Part shown: positions 8,695-17,704 of the stretch, in pieces
Layout of the letters: every line of letters begins with the position of its first letter
Position numbering within the stretch: position 1 is the first letter of the stretch
Assembly: GCA_005882775.1 (NCBI GenBank)
Contig: VBDY01000120.1
Coordinates: forward strand, 3,357 to 67,356
DNA from: Chloroflexota bacterium
Lineage (GTDB): Bacteria > Chloroflexota > Dormibacteria > CF-121
Reading direction: 5' to 3'
DNA: 64,000 bases
Program-made: the position numbers and the translations under genes
Notes under the pieces: model-generated
The model's input: only the letters and a program-made list of their open reading frames with translations
Database searches by the model: none
What the model was told of the DNA's origin: nothing

Positions 8695-9747
8695 CTATTG
8701 AAGCCCGTATTTCTTGAGAAGCTGGGCAAACTCGTCCGAAGTCTTCGCGTAGTGGTTGTGGCCCTGAGGATCTGAGACGTAGTAGAGGAAGTCCGTCTGA
8801 GCCGGCTGCAGCGCCGCATCGATGGCTTTCAAGCCGGGATTCGCGATCGGTCCGGGCGGAAGGCCGGTATGGAGATAGGTGTTGTACGGGGAGTTGATTT
8901 TGCGATCGTCGTAGGTGACGCTCGACTGCCAGACGCCCTTGGCGTAGAGGACGGTGGCATCGATCTGGAGGAGCATCCCGCGGGCCAGCCGGTTGTAGAT
9001 AACGCTGGCCACCTTCGGCCGATCGTCATCGAATCTCGCCTCCCGCTCGATCATGGAGGCTATGGTCACGATCTGGAGCGCGTTAAGCCCCCGCTGGGCC
9101 GCCTGGGCTTTGCGCGCCGCCGTCCAGTTCTTTGCGAACTCGTCGAGCTGAAGCTGGATCAGCTGTTTTGCGGTCGCGTTGCGCGGTACCAGGTAAGTAT
9201 CCGGGAAGAGAAATCCCTCCAGGCTCAGGCCGGCCGGAAGATCCTTGAGAAAGTCGTACTTGTATCCGGCCGGTACGGCGGCCGCGATATAGTCGGCCCC
9301 CTTGATCAGGCCTCCCTTGTCCAGTGCGGCCGCGGTCTTCTTGATGGTGTAGCCCTCCGGGATGGTCACGAACAGTTCCTCGGGGCGGGCGGTCTGGAGC
9401 GCCATCAGGATCTGTTCCATGTTCAGGTTGCGGGCCAGCTCGTAGGCGCCGGCCTCCACCCCACGGTCGAGGTGGCGGTACCGCGCGTACAGATCGAAGA
9501 CGAGGGTGGAATCGATCAGCCCGGCGCGATGAAGGGTATCGGCAACCTCGTGGAGAGAAGAGCCCGGCGCCACGACAAAGCGCACCTTACCGCCGCCGGG
9601 ATTGGCCGGCTGATGCAGCTGGTGGTCGACCCAGGTGTAGGCGAGCACCCCCGGGATTCCGACCAGGGCGGGCAACAGGAAAATCAGGACCAGAAAACCC
9701 TTCAACCACCCACCACGGCGGCCGGGCCGTGGGGCTCCCCGGCTCAT
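8695..9747 (-). CDS. mltG: endolytic murein transglycosylase MltG (YceG family)
   Basis: TM anchor plus the YceG domain (VTIPEGYTIKKTAAALDKGG, YYVSDPQGHNHYAKT). The ORF extends to 9873, and the likely ATG is at 9747. Confidence 0.85.
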   Translation of the reverse strand: MSRGAPRPGRRGGWLKGFLVLIFLLPALVGIPGVLAYTWVDHQLHQPANPGGGKVRFVVAPGSSLHEVADTLHRAGLIDSTLVFDLYARYRHLDRGVEAGAYELARNLNMEQILMALQTARPEELFVTIPEGYTIKKTAAALDKGGLIKGADYIAAAVPAGYKYDFLKDLPAGLSLEGFLFPDTYLVPRNATAKQLIQLQLDEFAKNWTAARKAQAAQRGLNALQIVTIASMIEREARFDDDRPKVASVIYNRLARGMLLQIDATVLYAKGVWQSSVTYDDRKINSPYNTYLHTGLPPGPIANPGLKAIDAALQPAQTDFLYYVSDPQGHNHYAKTSDEFAQLLKKYGLQ

Positions 9748-9763
9748 AGGTTCCTGGAAGCGT

Positions 9764-10048
9764 TCAGTCCTCGGCTTCGCCGTCTTCTTCGACCTCGTCG
9801 TCCTCCTCGAACTCTTCGAGTTGCTCGACAACCCGGTCGTGCTCCTCGTCGTCGAGGGTGACAAGCGCCTCACCGTCCCGGCGCAGGATCAGGACCCGGT
9901 CGGTGTCGGCCTCGGCCTGGAGGACGTAGTAGGTCTCCCCTTCGATCTCGACCACATCATGGACGAGGTAGCTTTCCCCCTCGCCGGTCTTTTCGTTGAC
10001 CAGCTCGATCGTCTGCACCTCGCCGTCCGGTTCCGGCACTTCTGGCAT
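9764..10048 (-). CDS. DUF1292 family small acidic protein (YrzB-like)
   Basis: Acidic ~94-aa protein. The conserved position between ruvX and mltG matches B. subtilis yrzB. ATG at 10048 lies 1 nt after the ruvX TGA. Confidence 0.7.
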   Translation of the reverse strand: MPEVPEPDGEVQTIELVNEKTGEGESYLVHDVVEIEGETYYVLQAEADTDRVLILRRDGEALVTLDDEEHDRVVEQLEEFEEDDEVEEDGEAED

Positions 10049-10049
10049 C

Positions 10050-10478
10050 TCAGCCTCCCGAGGTTCGTTGCGCCTGGTAATCCAGGTAACCCTGCAACAA
10101 TAGCGTGGCCGCCATCCGATCGACATCGCCGCGGCGTTTATGCCGGCGCTTTCCCTGCGCGATCAGGTAGCGTTCCGCGGCGACTGTGGTCAAGCGCTCG
10201 TCCCAGTACTCGACCGGCCTTTCCAGCGCTTTCTCGACATCGGCGCCGAACGCCTGCGCCGCTCTGGCCGCCGTGTCAAGGGTACCATCCATCAAACGCG
10301 GAAGCCCGATCAGGACCCGTTCCACATGGTGCTCCTCGACAATCCGGCGAAGCGCCTCCAGGTCTTCACGGGGAGACCTGCGGGTGAGCACGCTGAGCGG
10401 CAGGGCGATCACGCCGGACGGGTCACTGAGGGCGAGCCCGAGCCGTACCGTGCCCGGGTCGATCGCCAGCACTCTCAC
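10050..10478 (-). CDS. ruvX: Holliday-junction-resolvase-like putative pre-16S rRNA nuclease RuvX/YqgF
   Basis: MRVLAIDPGTVRLGLALSD... with an RNase H fold. 4-nt overlap with the upstream gene. Confidence 0.85.
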   Translation of the reverse strand: MRVLAIDPGTVRLGLALSDPSGVIALPLSVLTRRSPREDLEALRRIVEEHHVERVLIGLPRLMDGTLDTAARAAQAFGADVEKALERPVEYWDERLTTVAAERYLIAQGKRRHKRRGDVDRMAATLLLQGYLDYQAQRTSGG

Positions 10479-12103
10479 GAACCGGCGGTGCCCGTTACCT
10501 CCTGGATCTGGACGTCGATGCGCGAGGTGAAGAAGGGAAGCCAGGGGAGGCCGAAGGGCTTCTGATGGATGACCACCTTGTCCACCTTGACGTCCTGCAG
10601 GCCGTAGAGCCGCGCCGAGGCGCTCGAGGGAGTCCGGCCTTTGATGTAGGCGCGCAACCCCGGGATGGAGAGCTCCCGCACCTGATATCCCTTGGGGTGA
10701 GCGCTGACGGTGATGGTGCCGTCGGCAGCGGCATTGCTGACGTCGTAGGAGGTATCGGGGTTACTGGTCAGCTGGTAGCCAGGACGCAGTTTCAGCTTGA
10801 GAGCGTTGAGGATCTTCTGACGAACCAGGTGGTCGTCGAAGGCGACCGCGGCCTGCGTGTAGGTGACGGTCAACGTGAAGTTCTGGGCCTCGTCGCCAAT
10901 CTTGTTTGTGCTCTTCCAGCTGGAGGTCGGAGCATCGGTCACCGGCGCCAGGTGAAGGCCGTTGGCCTTGGTGCTGATATCTTGCGTGACTTTGGGGGCA
11001 AGCACGTCGCCAGCTGCTTTCACGGCCGAGTCGATGTCCGATTTCTGGATTACCGTCGCCGTCCTGGCGTCGGCGCCACCTCCGAGAGCCTGCCCGTTAT
11101 TGACCTTGAGATTCGGATCGTTATTTCCCTCGATGGTATCGATCGTGTTCGCGTCGGTATTCCCATCGGCACCGCCATTGACGGCGACCACGGCCACGGT
11201 GGCAGACCCGGCTGGTCCGTCGACGCTTGTGGCTTTCTGGGTTGCATAGCGCTTGCCGCTGCTGCTCGCCTTCACAACCAAGCCCTTGGGAAGGTCTGCG
11301 CTGAAAAAAAAGGAGCTATTCGTGAACGTGACCTGACCCGAAGCGGGCTTTGCTGCCACAGCTTTTTGGCCGGTCGCCGTGTCCTGGACGTCCTGCGACT
11401 CGCTGGCGGTGATTGCCTGGGTTGGGAAGCTATCCGTCGCGCCTGACTGCGCACCCGGCGCTCCCTTGAGACTCACGTCGGTGGTGATCGAGGTTCCCTC
11501 GACCGCCACCACGACACTGGCCGTGGGCAGGTAGAGCACGCCCGCGATCAGGGCGAAGAAGGCCACCACCGCGGCGGCAATGTAGTAGGGCTTCCAATTC
11601 CGGGGCGGCCTCTCGGCTGTCAGCAGGGTCGCCGGGAGAGGGCTCTTGCGCCTGGGTGGCGCCGACACGACGGCCGCTTCCCTGGCGGTCGTGGGTGTCA
11701 GGGCCGGAGCCGCGGTTGCCGGGGGCAAGGCAGGCGGACGGACCGGTGCGACGGGCTCTTCGAGGCTGGTGCCCGGCCGGTGGACCTCAGCCCCCACGTC
11801 GTAGGCGGCAAGGTTCGGAAAAGCCGAGAAGCCGGCCTCGAGGGAAAGCGCCTGCAGCCGGGGCTCACCGCTGATCACGTTGACGTGCTTGCCGTAGCTG
11901 TCGGCATACCGCTTGAGCAGCCTGAAGCTCATCGGGCTCTGGAGCGAGCGGGCCCGCTCCGGCACCACGAAGGTGACGGCATCTTCCGAGCTCAGGTCGC
12001 GGAGGCGATCGACGAGATCGGTGATCTCCTCGTCGGCCTCGACGTAGAGCAGCTTTGCCAGTGTCTTCATCTTGGTAACGGTTCGCGCTCTTTCATACCC
12101 CAA
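10475..12103 (-). CDS. hypothetical bitopic membrane protein (N-terminal ~110-aa cytoplasmic domain, Pro-rich linker, one TM, ~330-aa Thr/Ala/Gly-rich extracytoplasmic domain)
   Basis: 542-aa ORF with a TTG start (alternative ATG at 12070). Single hydrophobic helix YYIAAAVVAFFALIAGVLYLP. No recognisable catalytic motifs. Sits between the ftsA-like gene and ruvX. Confidence 0.6.
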   Translation of the reverse strand: MGYERARTVTKMKTLAKLLYVEADEEITDLVDRLRDLSSEDAVTFVVPERARSLQSPMSFRLLKRYADSYGKHVNVISGEPRLQALSLEAGFSAFPNLAAYDVGAEVHRPGTSLEEPVAPVRPPALPPATAAPALTPTTAREAAVVSAPPRRKSPLPATLLTAERPPRNWKPYYIAAAVVAFFALIAGVLYLPTASVVVAVEGTSITTDVSLKGAPGAQSGATDSFPTQAITASESQDVQDTATGQKAVAAKPASGQVTFTNSSFFFSADLPKGLVVKASSSGKRYATQKATSVDGPAGSATVAVVAVNGGADGNTDANTIDTIEGNNDPNLKVNNGQALGGGADARTATVIQKSDIDSAVKAAGDVLAPKVTQDISTKANGLHLAPVTDAPTSSWKSTNKIGDEAQNFTLTVTYTQAAVAFDDHLVRQKILNALKLKLRPGYQLTSNPDTSYDVSNAAADGTITVSAHPKGYQVRELSIPGLRAYIKGRTPSSASARLYGLQDVKVDKVVIHQKPFGLPWLPFFTSRIDVQIQEVTGTAGS

Positions 12104-12140
12104 ACGCCACTCGGTGTCGAGACGTTACGGTGTCAGGTTT

Positions 12141-13415
12141 TCAGACCTTCATGGCTTTCAGTGCCTTCCGCATCAGGCCAAACAGGGGCCCGTCCGCTCC
12201 TCCCTCTTGCTGGATCGCGTGGAAGGCCAGCCCCATCGGCGTGATGTCCTGCTGGTCGAGCAGGAGCCCGGTTGAATCATAGATGCCCCGGACGTCGACC
12301 GGTCGAAGGACGGTGATGGTCGGAGTCCGGGCAAAGGGCAGCTTTTCCCCCCAGGGAAACGCTTCCAGCTGCTCGCGGACCTCTGGCAGGGCGCTGCCCC
12401 CTCCCGCCAGGTAGAGGGCCGTCGGCAGCCGATCACCCCGGGCCAGCTCGGAGAGGGTGATGGCAATCCCTTCCACCAGGACCTCGGCGTCCCGGCTGAC
12501 CACGGTGTGCACCTTCTCCGCCTGTGCCGCGGGCAGTTCGTTGCGCGAGTGGCGGACCTTGACCGCCTCGGCGTCCGCGAACGAGATACCGAATCGGGCC
12601 GCCAGCTTCTTGGTGAAAACGCGACCTCCGATCGGAAACATTCGTGTCCCTTCGATCCCGCCGTTGCGCACCAGGGCCACGTCCGTGGTCCCACCTCCGA
12701 TGTCGACGAAGATGCCGCCGAAGTCCAGTACCTCGTCGGTGGCGGCACACCGTGCCATCGCATAGGGCTCGGCGACGGTTGCCACCAGCTCCAGGTCGAG
12801 CTCGGAAGCGATCGTCTGCAGGGCGCCCACATGGGTCAGCGGCGCGAAGGTGTTGAAGACCGTGATCACCATCTGCTTTCCCTGGAACTCGAGCGGGTTC
12901 TGCACGGGGAACCCGTCGATCCGGACGCTGGTGATGGCCGAGTTGATCAGCTTGACGTCCACGTCGGGAACGCCCAGCTCCTCGCTCATCAGGTGGCGAG
13001 CTTCGCGAAGGGCCCGCTTCTCGACCAGCTGGATGGTCTGAAGGAGCTCAACCTCGTTGATCTTCAGGTTGGGGTCCGCCCGGGGCACGGTTACGGCGGT
13101 GCTGAATCCCTTGACCTGCTCGCCGGCGATCCCGATCACGGCCTGGCCGGGAATGATGTTGCACATGTCCTCGGCCTGGGACATGGCCCGGTCGCAGCTC
13201 TCGATGATTCCCTGGATGTCGGATGGGACCCCGGCCTGCATGTCCGTGAATGCCTGTCGCTGGCGTGAAGCCCCGAGCACCACCCCGTTGCGTCCTTCCC
13301 GCTTCACCACCAGGGCCTTGATGTATTCGGTACCTATGTCCAGGGCGGTGAACAGGTTCTGGTAGTCGGCACCCCGGCGCAGCCGTTTCAACCGGTCCTT
13401 GAGCTTGATCGGCAT
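12141..13415 (-). CDS. FtsA-like actin-fold ATPase with C-terminal amphipathic helix
   Basis: Phosphate-1 (LDIGTEYIKALVV), phosphate-2 (DIGGGTTDVALV) and adenosine (LAGGGSALPEV) motifs of the FtsA/PilM/MreB superfamily. C-terminal LFGLMRKALKAMKV resembles the FtsA membrane-targeting sequence. No ftsZ adjacent. Start overlaps the alaS stop by 1 nt. Confidence 0.75.
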   Translation of the reverse strand: MPIKLKDRLKRLRRGADYQNLFTALDIGTEYIKALVVKREGRNGVVLGASRQRQAFTDMQAGVPSDIQGIIESCDRAMSQAEDMCNIIPGQAVIGIAGEQVKGFSTAVTVPRADPNLKINEVELLQTIQLVEKRALREARHLMSEELGVPDVDVKLINSAITSVRIDGFPVQNPLEFQGKQMVITVFNTFAPLTHVGALQTIASELDLELVATVAEPYAMARCAATDEVLDFGGIFVDIGGGTTDVALVRNGGIEGTRMFPIGGRVFTKKLAARFGISFADAEAVKVRHSRNELPAAQAEKVHTVVSRDAEVLVEGIAITLSELARGDRLPTALYLAGGGSALPEVREQLEAFPWGEKLPFARTPTITVLRPVDVRGIYDSTGLLLDQQDITPMGLAFHAIQQEGGADGPLFGLMRKALKAMKV

Positions 13416-15967
13416 CAGCTGGACTCCTTGAGGCGCTCGCCGATCCAGGCCTGGACGGCCTGGAAGGCCTCGGGCACCCGCGCCGGGTCGATGCCTCCTC
13501 CCTCCCCGACCGGTCCCCGCCCGCCGCCTTTTCCGCCGGCCACGGCGGTGAATGCGCGGACCACGCCGGCGGCCTCGAGCCGGGTCGCCAGCGAGGGAGC
13601 GACCTTTACGGCGAGCCGCCGCCCGCCAACCACCACGGCGACCCCGGGACCGTCCGGGCGGTTGAGGGCGTGATCGGCGTAGACGAGAAGATCCTTCTCT
13701 TCCGCGTCGACCCGCTGCAGGGCGATCGCGACACCGTCGACGTGCGCCATCTCGGCTGCCGGCGACCCGGCGCCGCTCGCCAGGCGCTGACGGAGCTGCG
13801 CCACCTCTCGCTGAAGCCGCTTGACATCAGACTGGAGGGCCTCGAGCCTGGCCGGGAGCTCGGCCACGGACACTTTGAGGGACTCGGACAGCCGGGATAG
13901 GGTTGCCTCGTAAAGACGCACCCGTTCCTCCGCGGCCAGACCGGCTCTGAGCTCTATCCGGCGGATCCCGGCGCCGATGCTGCGGTCGGACCCGATCAGC
14001 GCCAGCCCGACCTGGCCGGACCGCTCCAGGTGAGTTCCGCCACAGAGCTCCCGGGCCCAGTCCCCAAAGGAGACCACCCGGACTCTGTCGCCGTACTTCT
14101 CGTCGAAGAGGGCCACCGCCCCGCTGGACATCGCCTGGTCGAGTGAGAGCTCCTCAACCCGCCGCTCCAGGTCGGCCCGGATCCTCGCGTTGAGCAGAGT
14201 GGAAACCCGCTGGATCTCCTCGGCGGTGAGTGCCCGGGGAAAGCGAAAGTCGAAGGTCGCGTACTCCGGGGTCACCAGCGAACCTGCCTGCTTGGCCTCC
14301 TCGCCGAGCACCTCACGGAGCGCCTTGTGGAGGAGGTGGGTGGCCGAGTGGTGGGTGGCCAGACCGCCACGCCGGTCGCGGTCGACCACCGCATGTACGC
14401 GCTGCCCCTGGGTCAGCCGTTTTGGCTCGACTTCGACCCGGTGAGCCGAGGCCTCGGCCTGCGGCTGGACGTCCAGGACGCGAGCCCGCTGCCCATCCCA
14501 TTCGAGCCAGCCCTGGTCCGCCTGCTGACCACCTCGCTCCGCGTAAAAAGGGGTGTCATCCAGGAAGACGTAGGCCTCGCCTGCTTCACCCTCGACCGGG
14601 AAGACCTCCAGGACCGTGCTCTGGGTTTCGAGCCTGTCGTAGCCGACGAATTGGGTCGCCTGGCGTGCCATCGGAATGGCGAAGGTGCTCGCGGCCCGGC
14701 TCTTGTCGCGCTGGGCCTGCATCAGGGCAGTCACCGCGCTCGTGTCCAGGCTCACGCCGCGCTCCTGGGCCAGCTCGGCGGTCAGCTCCATCGGGAAACC
14801 CATCGTGTCGTGCAGGTAGAACGCGTCCCCCGGGCTCAAGGTTCCGCGATCGAGGAGTGCGGTGACCCTCTCCAGGCCGGTCCGGAGTGCGGTAGCGAAG
14901 CGGTTTTCCTCGGCCTGGAGGACCTCGCTGATCTGTCCGACCTGGGCGTGCACCTCCGGGTAGACCCCGCCCAGAATCTCGGCCACCAGGGGCACGGCAG
15001 AGGAAAGACCCTGGTCGGTGCCGAGCCTGCGGGCGTGGACCATCGCCCTGCGAATCAGCCGTCGCAGGACGTAGCCACGACCGTCGTTCGACGGAACCAC
15101 CCCGTCGGCCAGCAGCAGCGTGCTCGCGCGGCCATGATCGGCCAGCACCCGCAGGGAGACGTCGCGCTCGGGCCGTTCTCCATAGGCCTTGCCGCTCGCC
15201 TCCTCCCAGTGCCCGATCAGCGGCCGCAGAAGGTCTGTATCGAAAACTGACCGATGTTTGGTGAGCACGGAGGTCAGGCGCTCGAGCCCCATTCCCGTGT
15301 CGATACCCTTGCGCTGAAGAGGAGTCCGTTTCCCGCTCTCGTCACGGTCCCATTCCATGAAGACCAGGTTCCACATCTCGAGAAAACGGTCGCAATGCTC
15401 GCAGTTCGGACCACAGTCGGACCGGCCGCAGCCATACTCGATCCCCCAGTCGTAGTGGATCTCAGAGTCGTACCCGCAGGGGCCGGTGGGACCGGCCGCC
15501 CAGAAGTTGTAATCGTCGCCGAACCGCCGGATCCGCTCGGCGGGCAGGTCGGTCCCGGTGGTCCAGATCTCGAAACTGACGTCGTCCTGGTTGTGGATGC
15601 CGGCCCAGAGCCGGTCCTTGGGGAGCCCAAACACGTCCGTCATCAGCTCCCATGCGTAGGGAATCGCCTTCTCTTTGAAGTAGTCACCAAACGAGAAGTT
15701 GCCGAGCATCTCCAGAAAGGTGAGATGGTGACCGTCGTGTCCGACCACTTCGATGTCGACCGTGCGAAAGCATTTCTGGACCGTGGCCACACGCGGGTGT
15801 GGCGGCTTTACCTGGCCAAGAAAATACGGCTTGAAGGGGACCATCCCGGCGCTCGTGAACAGCAGGGTGGGGTCACCGAACGGGATCAGGGAGGAGCTCG
15901 GCAGCACCTTGTGGTCCCGCTCTGCGAAATAGTTGAGAAAACGTTGGCGGATCTCGGCGCTATTCAT
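13415..15967 (-). CDS. alaS: alanine--tRNA ligase
   Basis: 850 aa. Class II core, editing domain (HxxxH/CxxxH region) and C-terminal DHHA1-like domain are all recognisable. Confidence 0.95.
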   Translation of the reverse strand: MNSAEIRQRFLNYFAERDHKVLPSSSLIPFGDPTLLFTSAGMVPFKPYFLGQVKPPHPRVATVQKCFRTVDIEVVGHDGHHLTFLEMLGNFSFGDYFKEKAIPYAWELMTDVFGLPKDRLWAGIHNQDDVSFEIWTTGTDLPAERIRRFGDDYNFWAAGPTGPCGYDSEIHYDWGIEYGCGRSDCGPNCEHCDRFLEMWNLVFMEWDRDESGKRTPLQRKGIDTGMGLERLTSVLTKHRSVFDTDLLRPLIGHWEEASGKAYGERPERDVSLRVLADHGRASTLLLADGVVPSNDGRGYVLRRLIRRAMVHARRLGTDQGLSSAVPLVAEILGGVYPEVHAQVGQISEVLQAEENRFATALRTGLERVTALLDRGTLSPGDAFYLHDTMGFPMELTAELAQERGVSLDTSAVTALMQAQRDKSRAASTFAIPMARQATQFVGYDRLETQSTVLEVFPVEGEAGEAYVFLDDTPFYAERGGQQADQGWLEWDGQRARVLDVQPQAEASAHRVEVEPKRLTQGQRVHAVVDRDRRGGLATHHSATHLLHKALREVLGEEAKQAGSLVTPEYATFDFRFPRALTAEEIQRVSTLLNARIRADLERRVEELSLDQAMSSGAVALFDEKYGDRVRVVSFGDWARELCGGTHLERSGQVGLALIGSDRSIGAGIRRIELRAGLAAEERVRLYEATLSRLSESLKVSVAELPARLEALQSDVKRLQREVAQLRQRLASGAGSPAAEMAHVDGVAIALQRVDAEEKDLLVYADHALNRPDGPGVAVVVGGRRLAVKVAPSLATRLEAAGVVRAFTAVAGGKGGGRGPVGEGGGIDPARVPEAFQAVQAWIGERLKESS

Positions 15968-16008
15968 GCTGGGCGCCTGCGGGCGCGTTTCCTGAATTGT
16001 AATCGAGT

Positions 16009-16734
16009 TCAGGAGACGGGCAACTCGCGTTTGAGGTGCTCGACCGCAGCCCGCTGCAGGCGCGATACGTGCATCTGCGAGATCCCCAGCCGCTTGGCCA
16101 CCTCGGCCTGAGGCAGCTCGTCGACGAAGCGCAGGTACATGATCCGGCGCTCGCGCGGGGTAAGATGGCGCATCGCCTGGTCGAGCAGGTCCTGTAGCTC
16201 GATCTTGTCCAGGTTCTCGTCCTCACGTCCCAGCCGCTCCGTGAGCTGCAGCCCGTCCTCTTCCTTGGCGGGGCCGGTTGATTCGAACGAGATTGTGTGC
16301 TGCGCCGGGCTCGCCTCCATGGCAGCCAGCACGTCCTCCGGCTCCAGCTCCAACTCCTTGGCGATCTCGTTCACCGACGGCTGACGCCCGAGGCGTGCCT
16401 GGAGACGTTGCTGGGCGAGGTCGGCTCGCTGCATGGTTTCCTGCAGCCGGCGAGGCACCTTGACGGCCCAGCTCTTGTCGCGAAAGTAACGTTTGATCTC
16501 ACCCACGATGGTGGGGGTGGCGAAGGTGGAGAATTCGAGTCCGCGCTGCGGCTCGAACCGCTCGATCGCCTGGAGCAGGCCGATATAACCGACCTGGACG
16601 ATGTCCTCCAGCGGCTCTCCCCGGTTGGCGAACTTCTTGGCGAGAAAGACCACAAGATTGTTGAAGAGCTCCACCAGCTGCTGGCGGACCTGTGGATCCT
16701 TGGTCTTCTGGTACTTGAGAAAGAGCCGGCGCAC
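16009..16734 (-). CDS. group-3 sigma-70 factor (SigB/SigF/SigG type)
   Basis: Regions 2-4 are present, including YLRF...GISQMHVSRLQRAAVEHLKRE, typical of SigB/SpoIIAC-type sigmas. Confidence 0.85.
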   Translation of the reverse strand: MRRLFLKYQKTKDPQVRQQLVELFNNLVVFLAKKFANRGEPLEDIVQVGYIGLLQAIERFEPQRGLEFSTFATPTIVGEIKRYFRDKSWAVKVPRRLQETMQRADLAQQRLQARLGRQPSVNEIAKELELEPEDVLAAMEASPAQHTISFESTGPAKEEDGLQLTERLGREDENLDKIELQDLLDQAMRHLTPRERRIMYLRFVDELPQAEVAKRLGISQMHVSRLQRAAVEHLKRELPVS

Positions 16735-16781
16735 GACGTCGCGGTTGGGTCGGACGGTGGAATGCGTCGAAGACCCGCGCT

Positions 16782-17258
16782 CTACTCGATCAGGTATTTG
16801 ACCATCCTCATCCGCATGCTGCCCGTCTGGTTATCCACTTGATAGCGCAGCTCGTCGACGAACAGCCGGATCATATTCAATCCGATGGTGTCATAGTCGT
16901 ACTCGGTCTGGCGGCGCGCCCGCCGGACAGTCTGCTGCTCGAGGTCCCGGGGAGGGATGCTCCGCACCTCCACCTCCAAACGGCGAGGCTGGCCTTTGAA
17001 AAGCAGCTTCAGCTGGCCGTTCCCATTGCCCCACTGCTCGGTCGCGGTGTGGCATGCGTTCTCGCACGCCTGGGTGATAGCGATATTGAGGTCATCGATC
17101 TCGTGTAGAGAGAACCCGACCACCAGGCCCAGGGAGGCCGCGGTCCGCTTGGCCACCAGGATGTACTCCGGGATGGCGGGAATCTTCAGCTCGGTGATGT
17201 AGGCGCCCGCCACCGGATGCGAGGAGGTCGCGCCGGCAGGACGGCGGCTCTCTTTCAT
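16782..17258 (-). CDS. anti-sigma factor serine kinase (RsbW/SpoIIAB, GHKL ATPase)
   Basis: HATPase_c-like sequence directly upstream of the sigma gene. GGAGG RBS. The ATG overlaps the stop of the upstream small ORF (ATGA). Confidence 0.8.
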   Translation of the reverse strand: MKESRRPAGATSSHPVAGAYITELKIPAIPEYILVAKRTAASLGLVVGFSLHEIDDLNIAITQACENACHTATEQWGNGNGQLKLLFKGQPRRLEVEVRSIPPRDLEQQTVRRARRQTEYDYDTIGLNMIRLFVDELRYQVDNQTGSMRMRMVKYLIE

Positions 17259-17578
17259 GACTGTTCCTCCTTTCGACCAGCACGCGCCCGCCGGCCCCAG
17301 GACGAGAGCCCGTCCAGGCGATCCCGAACGCGGTCGCGCCAGCCGGTGATGGTGGCTCCGGTGGCCGTCATGGCTCGATCGGCTGCTGTGAACTTGTCGT
17401 TGACGCTGGTCACCATGTCATCGATCTGCTCGAGACTGTGGCGGACCTCCGGCAGCGCTCGCCTGGCCTCCTCCAGGGCGACGTCGAGGATGGCCTCGAT
17501 GGTGCGCAGGCTGCGGGTGAGGTTGATGAGGATGAAGCAGAGGAAGAGGCTGAGAAGAAGGAAGCCGATTCCGACCAG
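17255..17578 (-). CDS. small membrane protein, DUF948-like (N-terminal TM helix plus helical region)
   Basis: In-frame ORF ...WGVLLVGIGFLLLSLFLCFILINLTRSLRTIEAILDVALEEARRALPEVRHSLEQIDDMVTSV... ends with TGA overlapping the anti-sigma ATG. The first ATG/GTG/TTG comes only after the TM segment. CTG codons at 17581/17578 follow GGGGAG (17589..17584) and are plausible starts. Confidence 0.5.
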   Translation of the reverse strand: MVGIGFLLLSLFLCFILINLTRSLRTIEAILDVALEEARRALPEVRHSLEQIDDMVTSVNDKFTAADRAMTATGATITGWRDRVRDRLDGLSSWGRRARAGRKEEQS

Positions 17579-17655
17579 CAGGACTCCCCATTGCCAGAGC
17601 GTTGTCTATCACCTTCCTGGGTGCCGCCAGATTCCCCGCGCTTGGAGTGAGCCGG

Positions 17656-17704
17656 ATTATAGCGTCGACACACACGTTCTACCGTGATCGCCGCCCGCCT
17701 AAAC
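17656..17704 (-). promoter_or_regulatory. candidate promoter region for the DUF948-anti-sigma-sigma operon: perfect TATAAT and a sigB-like GTTTAG-N15-GGTAGA
   Basis: Minus strand carries TATAAT at 17661..17656, with GTTTAG (17704..17699) and GGTAGA (17683..17678) 15 nt apart. The sigB consensus is GTTTAA-N12-15-GGGTAT. Confidence 0.35.

Noticed and set aside
15968-16008. T-box leader upstream of alaS (also checked for hisS-aspS and proS)
   Set aside because: The intergenic gaps are only 8-41 nt, with no room for a T-box and no specifier or T-box sequence visible.
17217-17687. 156-aa Arg-rich plus-strand ORF opposite the DUF948/anti-sigma junction, plus minus-strand ORFs 17410..17673 and 17418..17675
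   Set aside because: The composition is extremely Arg/Ser/Pro-rich and they are in the wrong frames. The real signal in the region is the TM-helix frame that ends in TGA overlapping the anti-sigma ATG.
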